A DNA stretch of 64,000 nt from Epiperipatus broadwayi (taxonomy: Eukaryota > Animalia > Onychophora): positions 3,472,001 through 3,536,000 of the forward strand of contig JAQFVV010000007.1 in assembly GCA_028023455.1 (NCBI GenBank), written 5' to 3'. Within the stretch, counting starts at the first letter, position 1, and the number at the start of each line of letters is the position of its first letter. The notes beneath the pieces are model-generated. The model was not told where the DNA came from, searched no databases, and was given only the letters and a program-made list of their open reading frames with translations. Both the position numbers and the translations under genes were made by a program. Below are positions 26,904-40,217 of this stretch, in pieces.

Positions 26904-29900
26904 CATTTATAAATAGATATCTCTTGTAATGCAATGCTTTTTTTTTTTTTTTGCTACTTTCATAACCAATTTTCTATTTTATTTAAATTTTTTATGTAAG
27001 TCCAAGTTTTTTAAAAGAATTCAACTGCTTACTAGATATTTTCAGATTCTTAATAGTTAAAAATGTTTATATATTTCTTTTAATGTATCCTTATCCATCT
27101 CTTCCTTATTCCTTCTTAAGACTAAATTCTATGTTAACTAAATAATAACCAAAACACAGCAATTTTAAAGATATATATATATAAATTCTATACACTATTA
27201 AGAGTTAAACAGATTGTATTACATTGAGGAGGGCATAAATTATTTTCCAAAACAAAGATTTTATGTATTATTAATATACCAGAAATGTATCTGGCCTATG
27301 GAAAGAATGTGATTTTTGTAATAGCTATTTTTTTAATCGGTTACTTCTTGCTTTGAATAAAATGCTTGTAATCAAATTAAATCTTTTAAATATAAAAAAG
27401 AAATAACTTCCTTTCCATAAAATGCTTCGTAAAAAAAATTTCATTTACTAATGGTAGAGCAAATAATTATTTTTTTTCATTGAAAAATATGCCATCTAAC
27501 AAAAAAATATTCAACTTGAATATCATGTGACAACATTACAGATTTAGAAATTTTATATATGATATATATATATATGTTGTTTTATAATGATATTTTATAT
27601 ATTAAAAAAACACATATAAAGGATGGGACTTATTTCCATTATTGACTATATTTTTAAAATACACTTTGGATTAACACATTATTTTTGTCAACAGGAGCTA
27701 TCACAATGTAATCTTTTTATAATTTTTTAAAACATATATTCACATGTTATTCTTCCAGTAAAATCTTACCATAATTTCTTAATTTTTTTTTATCTACAAC
27801 CTTTTATTCCCCCTAATATGCAACCATTTTATTTCTTTTCAATTTTCTATAATTCTTACTCAAAACACATTTTTTTCTTTTTGACACTATTGCAATATAT
27901 GAATAAAAAAAACTTACATATCTTTAATATTTTTCATTATATCTGTCTGATTTCATATATTCCTATAATAGCAAATCTTTCCTTTTCATTTCTATGATTA
28001 GATTTTTTTAGATTTAAAAATTTTTCTATTTCAATTATGATTCTGATTCGTCATGAACTTATTCATAATCTTTTCTACATTTTTATATACTTTTATGATT
28101 GGCTGGACATAAGTGCTTTCTTAACTCATAATTCAGAGTAGTTTTCTATGCACTTCCATATAACATTCATGTCAAATAATCCATTAATATAAGCTAATTG
28201 GAAGATTTGTAATGAAGATAGTTTATTTGTTGTAAGATGTTGGAATAATTCCATCACTTAGTGTTGAATAGTCGTAGAAAAATAATGTTGAAAAATCATT
28301 AATTAATTTTGCCCTTAAAAAAGAAAAAAATAAAGAAATCAGGAAGACTCTCCTGACCTTTGACAGAATAATCCAATTGATTAGGATGCAATATTAAATT
28401 CAGAAATTATTAAACTCAAGGGTCACTAATTTCCATGCTAGATATCATTGATTAATCCAGCAATATCTGAAAAAAAGATAATAATAGCACTCAAACTCTT
28501 ATGTTATTATTAATAGGATGAATGTTTTTAGGAAAGTAAAAATTAAGTTTTTCTCAATTAGTCAACAGAAATTTATCAATATATAACTACAGATCCATTA
28601 ATATACTATAATTGAACTTATTTTCCGATTTATATATATATAATTATACTAATAAACTATTTGTACAATTATTATTGCATTATTATATTTTTACAAAAAA
28701 ACAAAAAACTATACATAAATGTGCACACACATATTTTCATTTCATACCCTTTTTTGAATTCATTTTTGTGCTTCTACGCAAATTTCTATTTTTCCTTTTA
28801 AAAATATTGTGTAGACCAGATATGTACAGTATAATAAAATATTAATATAAAGTTGTGTATATAATATTCCTACCTTTTGGTTTTATTGTAAAATATTAAT
28901 TGAATTTTTTTTTTTACTTGTACATTCAGATAAAAATAAAAAGAATTATATTATTAATAAAAAAACTGAAATAGAGATTATGGGCATTTTTGATAAATGA
29001 CAAGAAGAGTATGTATAATATTTCATTTATCAGTTTATTTTTATTCTTATATTTCTTTAGGAATAATTTTAAGTATAACACATTATTTCCATGTATTCTT
29101 TGATTAATGGTAAAAAATATGATCATTTTGCTTTAAAAAGAATATTATATATATAAATTAATCAAATTACAATTTCAATATTAAATCTATAATTATATAG
29201 CATACTACACTAAAGTGACTCCTATTTAACTAACTATGAAAGTAAATTATCACTAATCTGAAAAAATAAGCAATAAAACATTAAAATCTGAAATTTGGGA
29301 AAACCTTTTTTTCATATCCTTCAATAACATCATTCAAAATTCAAAAATTTTCTCTTACATTTATAAATACTTACACCTTTCACTTCTTATCTGTATAAGA
29401 AGTGATTAAACAGGAAATATATATTAGCCTTCACTATTTCATTTATCCAGTCATCTTGATCAATACAATTATTATTCAAGTACTAGATTCTTAATTAATA
29501 CACACTAATATAAATATCTATTACTTAAGGATATAAATTCAAAGTTATTTTTATTACATTATATCATTATATGAATAATATCAATTATGGCACAATAACA
29601 TTGTAATATAAATAATTATAGAAATTTTAAAAATAAATAAATGAAAAAATAGAATTAAACCTTTATTATATACATATTTTAATATTTCAATATTAGTTTC
29701 TACACTTCAATTGCCAATCAATAATAAATTATCCTAGAAAAGTCCAATGCTAAAGTGGTTTCACTTGAAAGCTATCAAATGATAAAACATTAAAGATTTA
29801 GAACAAGCAAACACTATATATAATGGTACAAATATAATTGCATACTACATTCCATTTTCCTTTAAGTTTCTGCTTTTTACCCACTACATAAAACTATTGA

Positions 29901-30292
29901 ACCCATAATTTATCAATAAATTGAACATTTTAAAGAAAAATTGGGTTTTTGTAAAAGGATATATACTAAAATACAAATTAATTGTAAATTTTATATTTTT
30001 TTTTTTTTGTTAAATCTTCTTATTAATTGTAAATTACACACCTTATTTCTTTTTTTTTTGTTGTTGTAAATTTTCTTACTTGTTCTTCAAAATTTTTTAA
30101 TTTTCTTATTTGTCTTTCAAAATAGACAAAAAAAAAATAAATAAAGGGAATTATAAATATTGAGTTTTATGAAATTGTTTTTTTTTTTTCATCAAAAAAA
30201 AAATGTTATTTAATTAATACATAATACAATAAAACAATGAACTGGGTCTGTAACCAAAATTTTAAAAATAGAAAAAGTAAAATGATAAATTA

Positions 30293-30592
30293 TACCATAT
30301 AATACTAAATCATCCATGCACTTTACTACTGTTACACAATGCTTTATTTACCACCCTCTTTTATAGTTTACAGTTTCGATTGCCCCAACAATTTTCTTCA
30401 GAATTTTTATATCTCCTAACTTCAACTGCTAAATTAAAAAGAAAAAGAAAAATTTGAATTTAGCAGTTGAAGTTAGGAGATATAAAAGTTCTGAGGATGA
30501 TTGCTGGGTCAATCAAAACTGTAAAAGAGGGTGGTAAATAAAGCATTGTATAACAGTAGTAAAGTGAATGGATGATTTAGTATTATATGGTA
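30293..30592. mobile_element. Foldback MITE (~300 bp), probably Tc1/mariner-pogo type
   Basis: ~140-bp near-perfect inverted arms around a short A-rich loop; ends TA|CCATATAATAC ... GTATTATATGG|TA (TA duplication). Confidence 0.85.
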
Positions 30593-31589
30593 CACATTTG
30601 GCAATGCAATAATAAAGAGTAGTTATTATACTTCTTAAAATGACCAATTTTTTTTTTTGCTATTTTGATTACAGGCAATAAACAGAGTAAACATCTCTGA
30701 AGAAAGGATAGAAAGGGATTCCAGTTCACTGCTGTTTTATTGCCAAGACAGGATATGTGATCCAGATGAGATGGTAAATAGTTCAGGAGATGTGGCTGTC
30801 ATTTCCTTCAGAATATGGTTTCAACACATAAATACCAGGGTATTTACTTTAGTCAACAGATTAACATAATGCTTTTGATGGTTAAAGATGGTTTAGCTAA
30901 TGTCTTAATATGGGAAAATGTTTCAATTTTCCATATGAATAGATGTTCAATATAAACACAATATTTTATTATTGTACAATTACAAACACCTATTTATTTT
31001 GAGATTACTTTGCAAAAACTTTTTAAAAAACTTTTTTAATGATAAACTACAGGTAATATCTGTTCAATTTTTGAAAATTATTTATATTTTAAGATTACTT
31101 AATAAAAAATTATTACAAAAAAAATACTACTATTTTATTTTAATACGGGTTAATGTTACAAAACTACAAATCTATGTTTGATTATTGATGTATTTATTTT
31201 TAGATCACTTTATATTATAAAACTAAGTTTTACTATTTATGTTTTTAAATACATGTCAATATCAAATTACACTGGATCTTCAATTTATCGATTAGTTATC
31301 TCAAATATGGCTTCAGAAGCTCCACACAATGTTTAAACATAACTAAATGGAAAATAGAATATAGTATATAAATTATATCAGTAAAATTAGTTAAATCTTT
31401 TCTATTTGAATTAATAACTAAGAAAATAAACAAAACTCAAACATCCAATGTAAGAAAATCTACATAATCATAGTTTCTTCTATGAGCATATTGATATTGA
31501 TAAACAAAATAACTAAATCAGCAAGATCAGTAACTTTATAGAGTTGTAAGATTTAGGCTAAAATCAAGAATACAGCTTTTCAAACAACA

Positions 31590-32095
31590 CTGGGTCACAT
31601 ATCCCATTTACAGAATGGACTTCATATCTAATATCTTGCAACTTCAAAATTTTATATACGTCTTACAAATTTATGAACAAAATTGGAGCTTCCCTTTCAT
31701 ACCTACTTTTTATCTCTTCTCTTCAGATATTTTTCATATTAACTGCATATTCTGGTTGGATATATGTAGTTATATTGCATGAAAGCTCAGAAAGCATTTA
31801 CCCATCATCTTCAAAATTAGTCCAACCTACTGATTTTGATCCAAATAATGCCAAAGTCAATTGAGCACTCTCCTAAACATTCATTATATAATCTTCAACA
31901 ATGGATCGTCTGTACAATAGTCATTAATCACAATCGATCCACTTTCTATGACTATCATATTCTGATAATAGACTTAACACTGCTATTTTGAGCCAGAGCA
32001 AAAAGATCCAAATGAGAGACTAGAGTCACTTGAAAACAATTTTTAGTATTTTTCCCCATTCACTATAATGTGACAGAATGCAACACTAATCCCTA
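31590..32095 (-). pseudogene. piggyBac-like (PGBD2/3-type) transposase C-terminal remnant
   Basis: After correcting frameshifts, the minus strand reads VTLVS ... YDSHRKWID ... SIVEDY/NECLGE ... IKI ... QDIRY. This parallels the piggyBac-family VTxxS, PxIVxxYNxxMGGVD, RIxIRxKKW and DIRYD motifs. No TTAA or TIR found. Confidence 0.5.
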
Positions 32096-32433
32096 CATTT
32101 TTTATATGCAAATCTATATAATGGCGTCTAAAAAATTGCTGCAAAACCATATCAAAAGAACAGATATGAAACAGGACTTTTAACATAAATATATCAATTT
32201 ATTATTCCTACACATTCAAATGCTTTTCAGTAAAACTGAAATTTAAAATATAAATGTAAACCTGTCAATGTCAATGAAAAAAAAAAAAAATTTGCAATTT
32301 TCTTATATAATGTATACAGTAACATAGAGGCAAAACTCTCCATACAGTAGCACCATTCAGGGCAAGCCAGAGTAATCAACGAAAGCTAAAAGGTTTATGC
32401 ATAAAATCCTATCTAGAGCTTGTTTATCCAATA

Positions 32434-32475
32434 TCCTCAGACTAGTTTCTAGCTTGTGGTTTTCATCAGTGAGGA
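32434..32475 (-). ncRNA. Type I hammerhead ribozyme motif (left arm)
   Basis: Minus strand: TCCTCA-CTGATGA-AAACCACAAGCTA-GAAA-CTAG-TC^TGAGGA. Perfect 6-bp stem I, intact core, palindromic ACTAGT stem III; stem II is damaged. Confidence 0.72.
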
Positions 32476-32707
32476 GTCTTGGATCTGAGAGCACTGCACC
32501 AGATCTTAGGATCTAATGTAACCCTCTAACAGCCACATTTTACCTTTTTAGCTAACTATAAAACAATGTGTCCAAAATGAAAACACAATAATGTTTTCAA
32601 CCCAAGCTCATTTGCTTGTATAGTCATACAGATCTGAATCCTTGGTATATTAATGATAGGTTACATTAGATCCTAAAATCTAGGTACAGTGCTCTCAGAT
32701 CCAAGGC

Positions 32708-32748
32708 TCCTCACTGATGAAAGCTACAAGCTAGAAACTAGTCTGGGA
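32708..32748 (+). ncRNA. Type I hammerhead ribozyme motif (right arm)
   Basis: TCCTCA-CTGATGA(32714-32720)-A-AGC-TACAA-GCT-A-GAAA(32734-32737)-CTAG-TC^TGGGA. 3-bp stem II, palindromic stem III, predicted cleavage after C32743. Stem I has a 1-nt deletion. Confidence 0.75.
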
Positions 32749-33086
32749 TATTGGATGAGTACGCACTAGATAGGGATTTTATGCACAAACCTTCTAGCAT
32801 TCAGATTACTCACTCTGGCTTACACTGAGTGGCTACTGTGTGAAATTTTTTTTACCTCTGTGTTATCAGCTTGTGTAAGCATAAAAAATGATGATCATAT
32901 ATAAAATATACACTGATTTTCTCAAATACTATAAAGCAATAATTTTCAAAGACATTTTAAAAAAATAAAAATGATGATAAAAAAAATATCTAAATATAAC
33001 AAGTTGTACAAATTTTAAATAATCTATTAATATGCTTTTGTATATAATTTATCTAATTCTTGGAAATGAATACAATATATATATAT

Positions 33087-33818
33087 CAGGGGTAGCCAAG
33101 ACATTGACCACAAAGTCTCTGGAAGTTGATTGCAAAGCTGATGTGAACATTGACAAATTATAGTTATAAATTCAGAGATGATTTGAATCTAAAAAATAGT
33201 TAAATCTAAAATAAAATCTGTTGTTATTGTCAATCTCAAAAATAAACCCAAGTTGGAAGAAGCTGAAAAAAATTAAATTATTTTTGTGTAAAGCTAAAGC
33301 TAAAATTTTTAGAAATATTGATTGCCATTTTCCTGAGAAAAAATAAAAATAACTTGTCCTGGAGAAACAAGAAATTTAATGAACTGATTTTAAAACGAAG
33401 AAATTTAAACTTTTTAAAACACTTCATTTAGTAATTTAATAATTGTAATTTAATAAATATTTTATAAAGCGACATGGACAAACTGTACTATTAAAGGGAG
33501 CTGAGGTAATTTAATGGTAATCATATAAAATGTCTTCAACAGTTCGTATCTTATAGAAAAAAATTCATCAGTTCGTATTTTCTAAAAACATCACCAATAT
33601 TTCTGAGTACCTAAAAAGCCATTATAAAAAAAAAAACACTAATTCGTAACTACATTCTAAAAAAAACCCACAATTTTGAACCATTATTTTTTTCTGTTCC
33701 GGCAAAAATAACATTGTTTTTCTGGTTTCCGGTTCGAAGCCCTGAAAAAAACAGTCGCCCTCGGGTACACTTTCACCAAAAAAGTCACCCCCAATGTCTA
33801 AAAGTTTGGCCACCCCTG
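33087..33818. mobile_element. Non-autonomous hAT element (732 bp)
   Basis: TIRs CAGGGGTAGCCAA / TTGGCCACCCCTG; flanked by ATATATAT on both sides (within a TA run, so weak TSD evidence); no transposase ORF. Confidence 0.85.
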
Positions 33819-36800
33819 ATATATATAATCACTTTAGTCACAGAAATAATATAGTATTAAATGTACATATCATATGTAATGTTCATGATAGCAATGCATT
33901 TAATAAACATGTATATAATATTTTTCATATTTTTGCTTAAGATAATTAATGTCTTTTTTATGAAAAAAAGAACCTGTTAATTTCTGAAGTTAGATGATAA
34001 TATTGTTGGTTTCTTCAAAATATTATTGTATTATTGTGTTTCATTGGCCATTTTCAGATATCAACAATTCGATAATATTTAACAAATCTTTATATTGAGC
34101 TAATGGCTTTATATAATATACATATATAAAGCAAAATACTAAATTTTGTAATAGATGCCAGGATATAAACAAATGGTCAATTCAACTATTAAAGCTTATT
34201 AACTATATGGTCACTCTTCACCTAAAGTGAAGAAGCTTTAATCTAGACAAGAGTCCTACAAATATCATGAATTAATATAAAAAGATTAAATATAAAACAG
34301 AACACATTTATATGAAGACTTACTTCCTTTAACTTTATTACAATATAAATGTATTTGTAATATAGACTTTGAGGGTATATTTAGTACAAATATATATAAA
34401 AATGATTAAATGTATAATTGGCTAAAATGTTTGTATTGTTTATATTGATTAGAGAAATATTTTTTTATATATATTCATGTATATTTATATATACTTTAGT
34501 TCTAAAAACTTCCAGTCTGTCAAAACTGTTAAGAAAAATAAAATAAATCATTGCTAAAAGTAATTAAAGAAAGATGGATTTATTTACTTGTTTTATGATA
34601 AAATACATCATCAAACAGGTTAAATATGGTTGCTTAAAGAACAAAATATGAAAAAAAAATTTTCTAGGCCTCTTGCAAAAAAAAAATCCACACATAGATT
34701 AAACCATTCATTCATGCTTTTAAAATAAATAAAATGTAATACTAAATTTTATCATCGAAATGGAATCAGCGTATAAGTAAGTCTATGAAGTAATATACCA
34801 GTCTGTTACTCAAAGCATTTTAGCATGAGATGCAATTGAGTAATTCAGAGATCCTGGAACAAAATATTGTGCATTTTATATTTAGGCTCAATTACATGCA
34901 TAAGATTTGGTTAGACCTAAGTTGTTCAAGTTTCCTATGTACTTGATTTGAGAAGTGACCAACAACCTTAAACCATGCCTGTTGAGATTCTGAGGTTGTA
35001 ATGCTTGGTTTGATTTATATTTTCCTATATTAAACCTTAGTGTTTTATCTATTTTGGAAATGTATTAGTATGAATAAAAAATTAAAGATCCTTATGATGT
35101 GCAGTTGTTTACACATATGTCAATAATCTAGAGTTTGAATTCAGGTTCCAGTACAACTCATAATCACTTTTGCAAGTCATATAATATTTGTCATATAATA
35201 TTAGGTATTCTATGGTTTCATTTGTTTTAATATTTATATTTTTAAAAATATTGATTAAGCTCCATAATTTAATTTAAAATATATAGTATTCATATTTAAA
35301 TTTTGATAATGGGCAGTGCTCCCAATCAAAGCATTTGCCTCATATATAATGATTACATAAATCCTTACCTAGATGATCTTCCTGAGTGCATTTGCTTTTT
35401 CTTGTCATTTCCAACATCAATCCAAGCATTTTCTTCAAGATTTACTACAAAAAAAAAAAAATGTCAGTAATAGGTCAAATTGTGAAATGAATTTAGCAAA
35501 TTTTCTATTTATTGAATTTAATAATTTAAAAATTATTCTTACAAATGCAATTCAGTATTTTTAGAATAAAATAAGTTATATCAAATGAATTCTAATCCAA
35601 ATTCTTTCTTTAAATGGAAGTAAAAAATTAAAAATAAAATTTCATTTTGCTGTAAATTAAATTATAAATATGGACTTTTTTCGCATGCGTTAGTGAAGCT
35701 ATAATTATATCAAAATGTGTAATGAGTCTGCTTAGTGCTTTCGAGATATAATGTTCTAATCTCATACTCATAGCTTTATGAATGAAGACTGTTGTGATTT
35801 ATTGTACACATATGCAAATGAGTTTGAATTTTTAATTAGTTAGTCCATTGTTTGGAGAGAGCAAAGCATGCCTCTCTTCTATTAATGGCACTGATATTAT
35901 TTGCTATGTAAATTAAACTGTGTTTAAACAAAATTTATTTTGTCACCATTTGTAGCCAATGAGATTAATTATCTATGTCTAAAATAAAGATTGACAGCAG
36001 GTATCCTATGATAACAAGGACATTTATAAACTTTAAAAAAGTCAATATCATGGGTTGTAATTACACAATAAATACCATAAAATGCAATTGATTTACTGAT
36101 TAACCACAAGATACCAAACATAACAGTGTGGTTTACAAAATGACTGACTGCTGAAAAAAAATCTATCTTCATCACTTTCAAAAACCAAATTTGATAGCTT
36201 TTTAATAATTCTATGATTCTTCCATATAGTTTTTTATTATCACTTTGATGTAGTTTAAGATTTATAAAGAATAATAATAGTGCAAAAAAATATAACTTAT
36301 TAATCAGAAGAAAAAAAACATCAACAAACATATTTTTTTCAAAAAAAAAGTCATGCTTTTTATTTATTACAAAGACTTTTTTGTTGACAAAATGAAATAA
36401 AAATTGCCTGAATTAAAACATCTTTAGCAATAACAGTTTTAGTCATTACTTATTTTAAATATATTATCTTTCTTACACTTAGAACAACAGTATTATTATT
36501 ACTTTTAACAAAAAAGTCATTCAAACATACACATTCACTTTAATGACAAATTAAATTATGTTTATTGTGATGAATGTGACAAGAAATCATATCTGCAATA
36601 ACTGAACCTTAAAACTTTTTTGTTGGAAAAAGTCCTTTTTTAAATAAAAAAAATCTATTTTTGTGGGCAGATAAATTTCCACTATAAAAAAGATAAGCAT
36701 TCTTAATACAGCAATATCAAAAAAAGTTATTTTTTCTTGTTATTAATTAAAAAAAAAGATTGGAAGATTTTGTACTTGAATATGAAATTAGTTACTAATG

Positions 36801-38189
36801 ATACAGGTTTACTAGTTTATTTAGAATTTATGGAGGTTTGCAAACTATCATTTCATAATAACAGATGAGTAATTGTCAAGCTCTGCATGATTTAATGCAG
36901 TGTTTTGGATGATACTTATTATAACATATTTTGACTATAATTTAAAAATATAATTAAAAAATAAATAATTCAACCTGCAGTTAGTATAACCAAAAATTAG
37001 ATGATCATCAAATAGACAAGAAAACAAAGAAAATCCATCCTGGATGAACTAATTATAAAGCAATTTACAATATATAAAACATGTTCTAATTTATATATGT
37101 TACACATTTTTTTAAAGAAGCATACTTCCACACATATTTTTAAAAAATAAATAACGATTAGCAGCTTGGGAGGTCATATGACATTCAAGTGGTATCTTGA
37201 GCACAACAATTCCATAGAAATGACCAAATTAATACTTTACATTAGACAGCTGAGAACTAATTCTAAACAATTAATTCTTAAACCTGAATTTTTTCACCAT
37301 GCTAACCACATAAAGCATATCCCTCCCCCCACAAGAGATCATATAATTATAATTGCAACCACTTAAAAAGATATTACTCTTACTTTAAAACTTGCTCCCA
37401 TTGAAATCTGATATTACTTTCATTATTTTAGTTTTTCTTTTTAATTACACAAAAATTTATAATCTGACAAATTTTTTAACATTTTTATTATTCATTTTAT
37501 TACAAATTACATCACATACAAAAGCATGTATATACTATTTTCAAATATATTGGCAAACTGTATGTTAACATTCTCCAAATCTTAGAAAAATTACTAAATG
37601 TGCATATGGAGTGATCACATGTATATTTATAATTTTGTAGTTGTATATTTCAGTGATAGTTTTCCTATCATCTAAATGTTCTATTTCATATTTTTTCAAA
37701 AAATCTGGTTAAGTTTTATTAAGCAATTTAAACTTGTTTATGATGTGTAATTTTTCCATGGTGCGAGCTTTTAAAGATATGTGTACGTGTTAAAAAAATT
37801 ATTTTAATTGTTTATAATTAGTGCACTTAAGACTTTCATGTTTTTTTAAACAATTGTATAAAAACTGAGCAAATAATGTGATCATGTGATGTATAAAAAC
37901 TCTTGAAAATAAAACTGGAAAGCATTTGCTTGATTTTGGTTATAAATAGTTTCTATTTTTGGTGGTAAATAATAATAAAAGAGAAGTTTAAAAATTACCA
38001 GGAAAATATCAACCAAAAATAAATATAATCCAAAATTGTTTTTAATTATTGTAAATTGTTTTTATTCTTATTTTATTTGAAAAAGCAGTTTCTTCAATAA
38101 TTTGTTGCTCCATTTGCTAATCTTTTAAAATAAAAATTAATATTTTAAATATTTTTATTTTAATTATTTATTTATATATTTTGTTTGAA

Positions 38190-40217
38190 TTTCAGACTCT
38201 GGAAATAAATTTATTTAATTTTTTTGTTAACATGACCTCAGAAAATATCAAAAAATGAAGTTTTCAGAAAGAATTGGTAGAAAAATTTGCTTTTATTGAC
38301 AATAATAGAAACTCGTTATGTCTTATTTGTAAAGTTATAAATGCAAACTACAAAGCAAGCAATTTAAATTGACATTACAAAGTAAGTCATCCCCACTTTT
38401 TAATTCAAAATTGTGAACAGAAAAAAACTTAAGTCATTGCTCTCAGGTCTTCATAAGCATCAAGGACTCTTGTTTTCTTTTAGTTGCAAAGATGCCACCC
38501 AACCAACAAAGCTAGTTTTTTGGTAGCTTAGAATATTGCTCATACCAAATGTCCATATGGAGAATTTACTAAAAAAAACTTGGAAGTAATTAAAGTTTTG
38601 GATCCAGATAATACCAAATTGCATAAATTGATTACTCAAGTTCCTATCTCATGCCATACAACTAAGCATAGTATTAGTGAAATTAGTAAAAATGTTAAAG
38701 ATAGTTTGATATGAAAAACTGTACAGCATTCAGTTTAGCTCTCAATGAGTCTACAGATATTCAGGATGTTCCAAAATTGGCCATTTTTGTCCGCTATGTA
38801 CCTGCAGACATAAATGTAAAGGAAGAAATGTTAGACTTATTAGCTCTCACTAAAACAACTTGCAGTATTGGTGTCAAAAATGCATTTGATATGACAATGA
38901 ACAGGTTTGAATTGTCTTATAATAAACATTATTGTGACTGATGGAGCCCCTGCAACGATAGTGAAAAACCTAGCCTTATAGGTCTTAACAATGATCCTAA
39001 AATTCCACATTTTGTATATCTTCATTGCATAATTTACCATGAACATTTGATAACAAGTACTTAAAATACAAAAATGTATGGAAGATTGTTTTGCAGATGG
39101 TGAATTTAATTAAAAACAAATGCCAAAACACACCATCAATTTAAGAACTTTTTAGAAGAGTTAAATGACAAAACAGATGAATTGCCCAGTGATCTTTCTT
39201 TATGGTCTATTCTAAGATGTCTGTCAATTTACAATATTTTGAGCCATTTTGTGGAACTCCTAAATCGTATCATAACATTTTGAAAAGAAAAAGGAAAAAT
39301 ATACACAGAATTAGAAAATGAAGCTTGCCTTTCTGACTCAATGTTCATTACAGACATTATGGAACATTTGCAAACAATTTGGTTTTACAAGGAAAAGGGA
39401 AAAATTATTAGTGATTTGTCATAAACTGTATTTAGTTTTGAAGCTAAACTTCAGCTTTACATGCATGATTTTAAGTTTAGAATATTTAATCATTTCCCAT
39501 GAGTAAAAGCAAATATAATTAATTTCAAAGAAGAAAAATTAGACAAATATCAAGACAAATTGGAAGAATTGCAAGCGGATTTCAAATGTAAGTTTGAAGA
39601 TTTGAAAAATTTTAAATCTACATTTGCATATTTTATGAACACATTTATTTGTGATATTATTGAAGATAGATTTTCAATTTCTAAAATAATACTTGTCAAA
39701 AAAGCAGCTGGGGAATTGGAGTTATTAGACATGAAAGTGGATAAGGTAGTACAAATAAATCACAAATCTAGTTCTCTGAATGAATTTTGGAAACTCATGC
39801 CAGAATAAAAATATTTACACAAAGAAAAGCTGCTTGCCATCTAATTTCAATTTTTGGTATAACATATTGCTGTGAATCATTGTACTCCACAATGTTATGA
39901 AGTTGAAATAACATTAACAGTTGACCAATCAGCATCTCACAGAATTTCTGCAAACAGCTTTAACAAATTATATGCCAAATTTGAAAGATTTGATAAAGGT
40001 CTTTGTTAAATGTAATACTTTTTATTAATGAATTTTTATTATTATTATTTTTTTTTATTATTAAAATTTTGAAATAATTATTCTCTTAATTATATTTTCT
40101 TATATATTTTATACAGCATTTAAAACTTGTGTAAAATATGTCATCATATTAATTAAATAATATGGTGTGGAAAAACCAGCATGCGGCTCTCATTGGCCTA
40201 ATGCATATCCATCCCTG
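38190..40217 (+). mobile_element. Degraded Buster/Charlie-type hAT (GTF2IRD2-like transposase), left end not found
   Basis: ATG at 38232 leads into FQKELVEKFAFID..LCLICK..ASNLN*HY (BED finger), FSLALNESTDIQDVPKLAIFVRY and EELQADFKCKFEDL. Right end is TGCGGCTC...CATCCCTG followed by GTCTAGAG (nnnTAnnn Buster-type target). Confidence 0.88.

Larger units (their letters stand above)
32320..32865. mobile_element. Foldback element with ~205-bp inverted arms, probably a head-to-head pair of Penelope-like element (PLE) 3' ends
   Basis: Arms 32320-32523 and 32659-32865 are reverse complements with scattered mismatches around a ~135-bp spacer; each arm contains a hammerhead motif. The inverted repeat is seen directly; the PLE origin is inferred from hammerhead type and architecture. 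Confidence 0.75.

Noticed and set aside
26536-26916. Plus-strand ORFs over RTE copies and the many short F/I/L/K-rich ORFs in the track
   Set aside because: They are antisense shadows of RT ORFs or chance ORFs of AT-rich DNA, often with non-ATG starts.
30697-30722. CTGAAGA...GAAA as another hammerhead
   Set aside because: The intervening AAGGATA cannot form stem II, and no valid stem III or NUH site follows.
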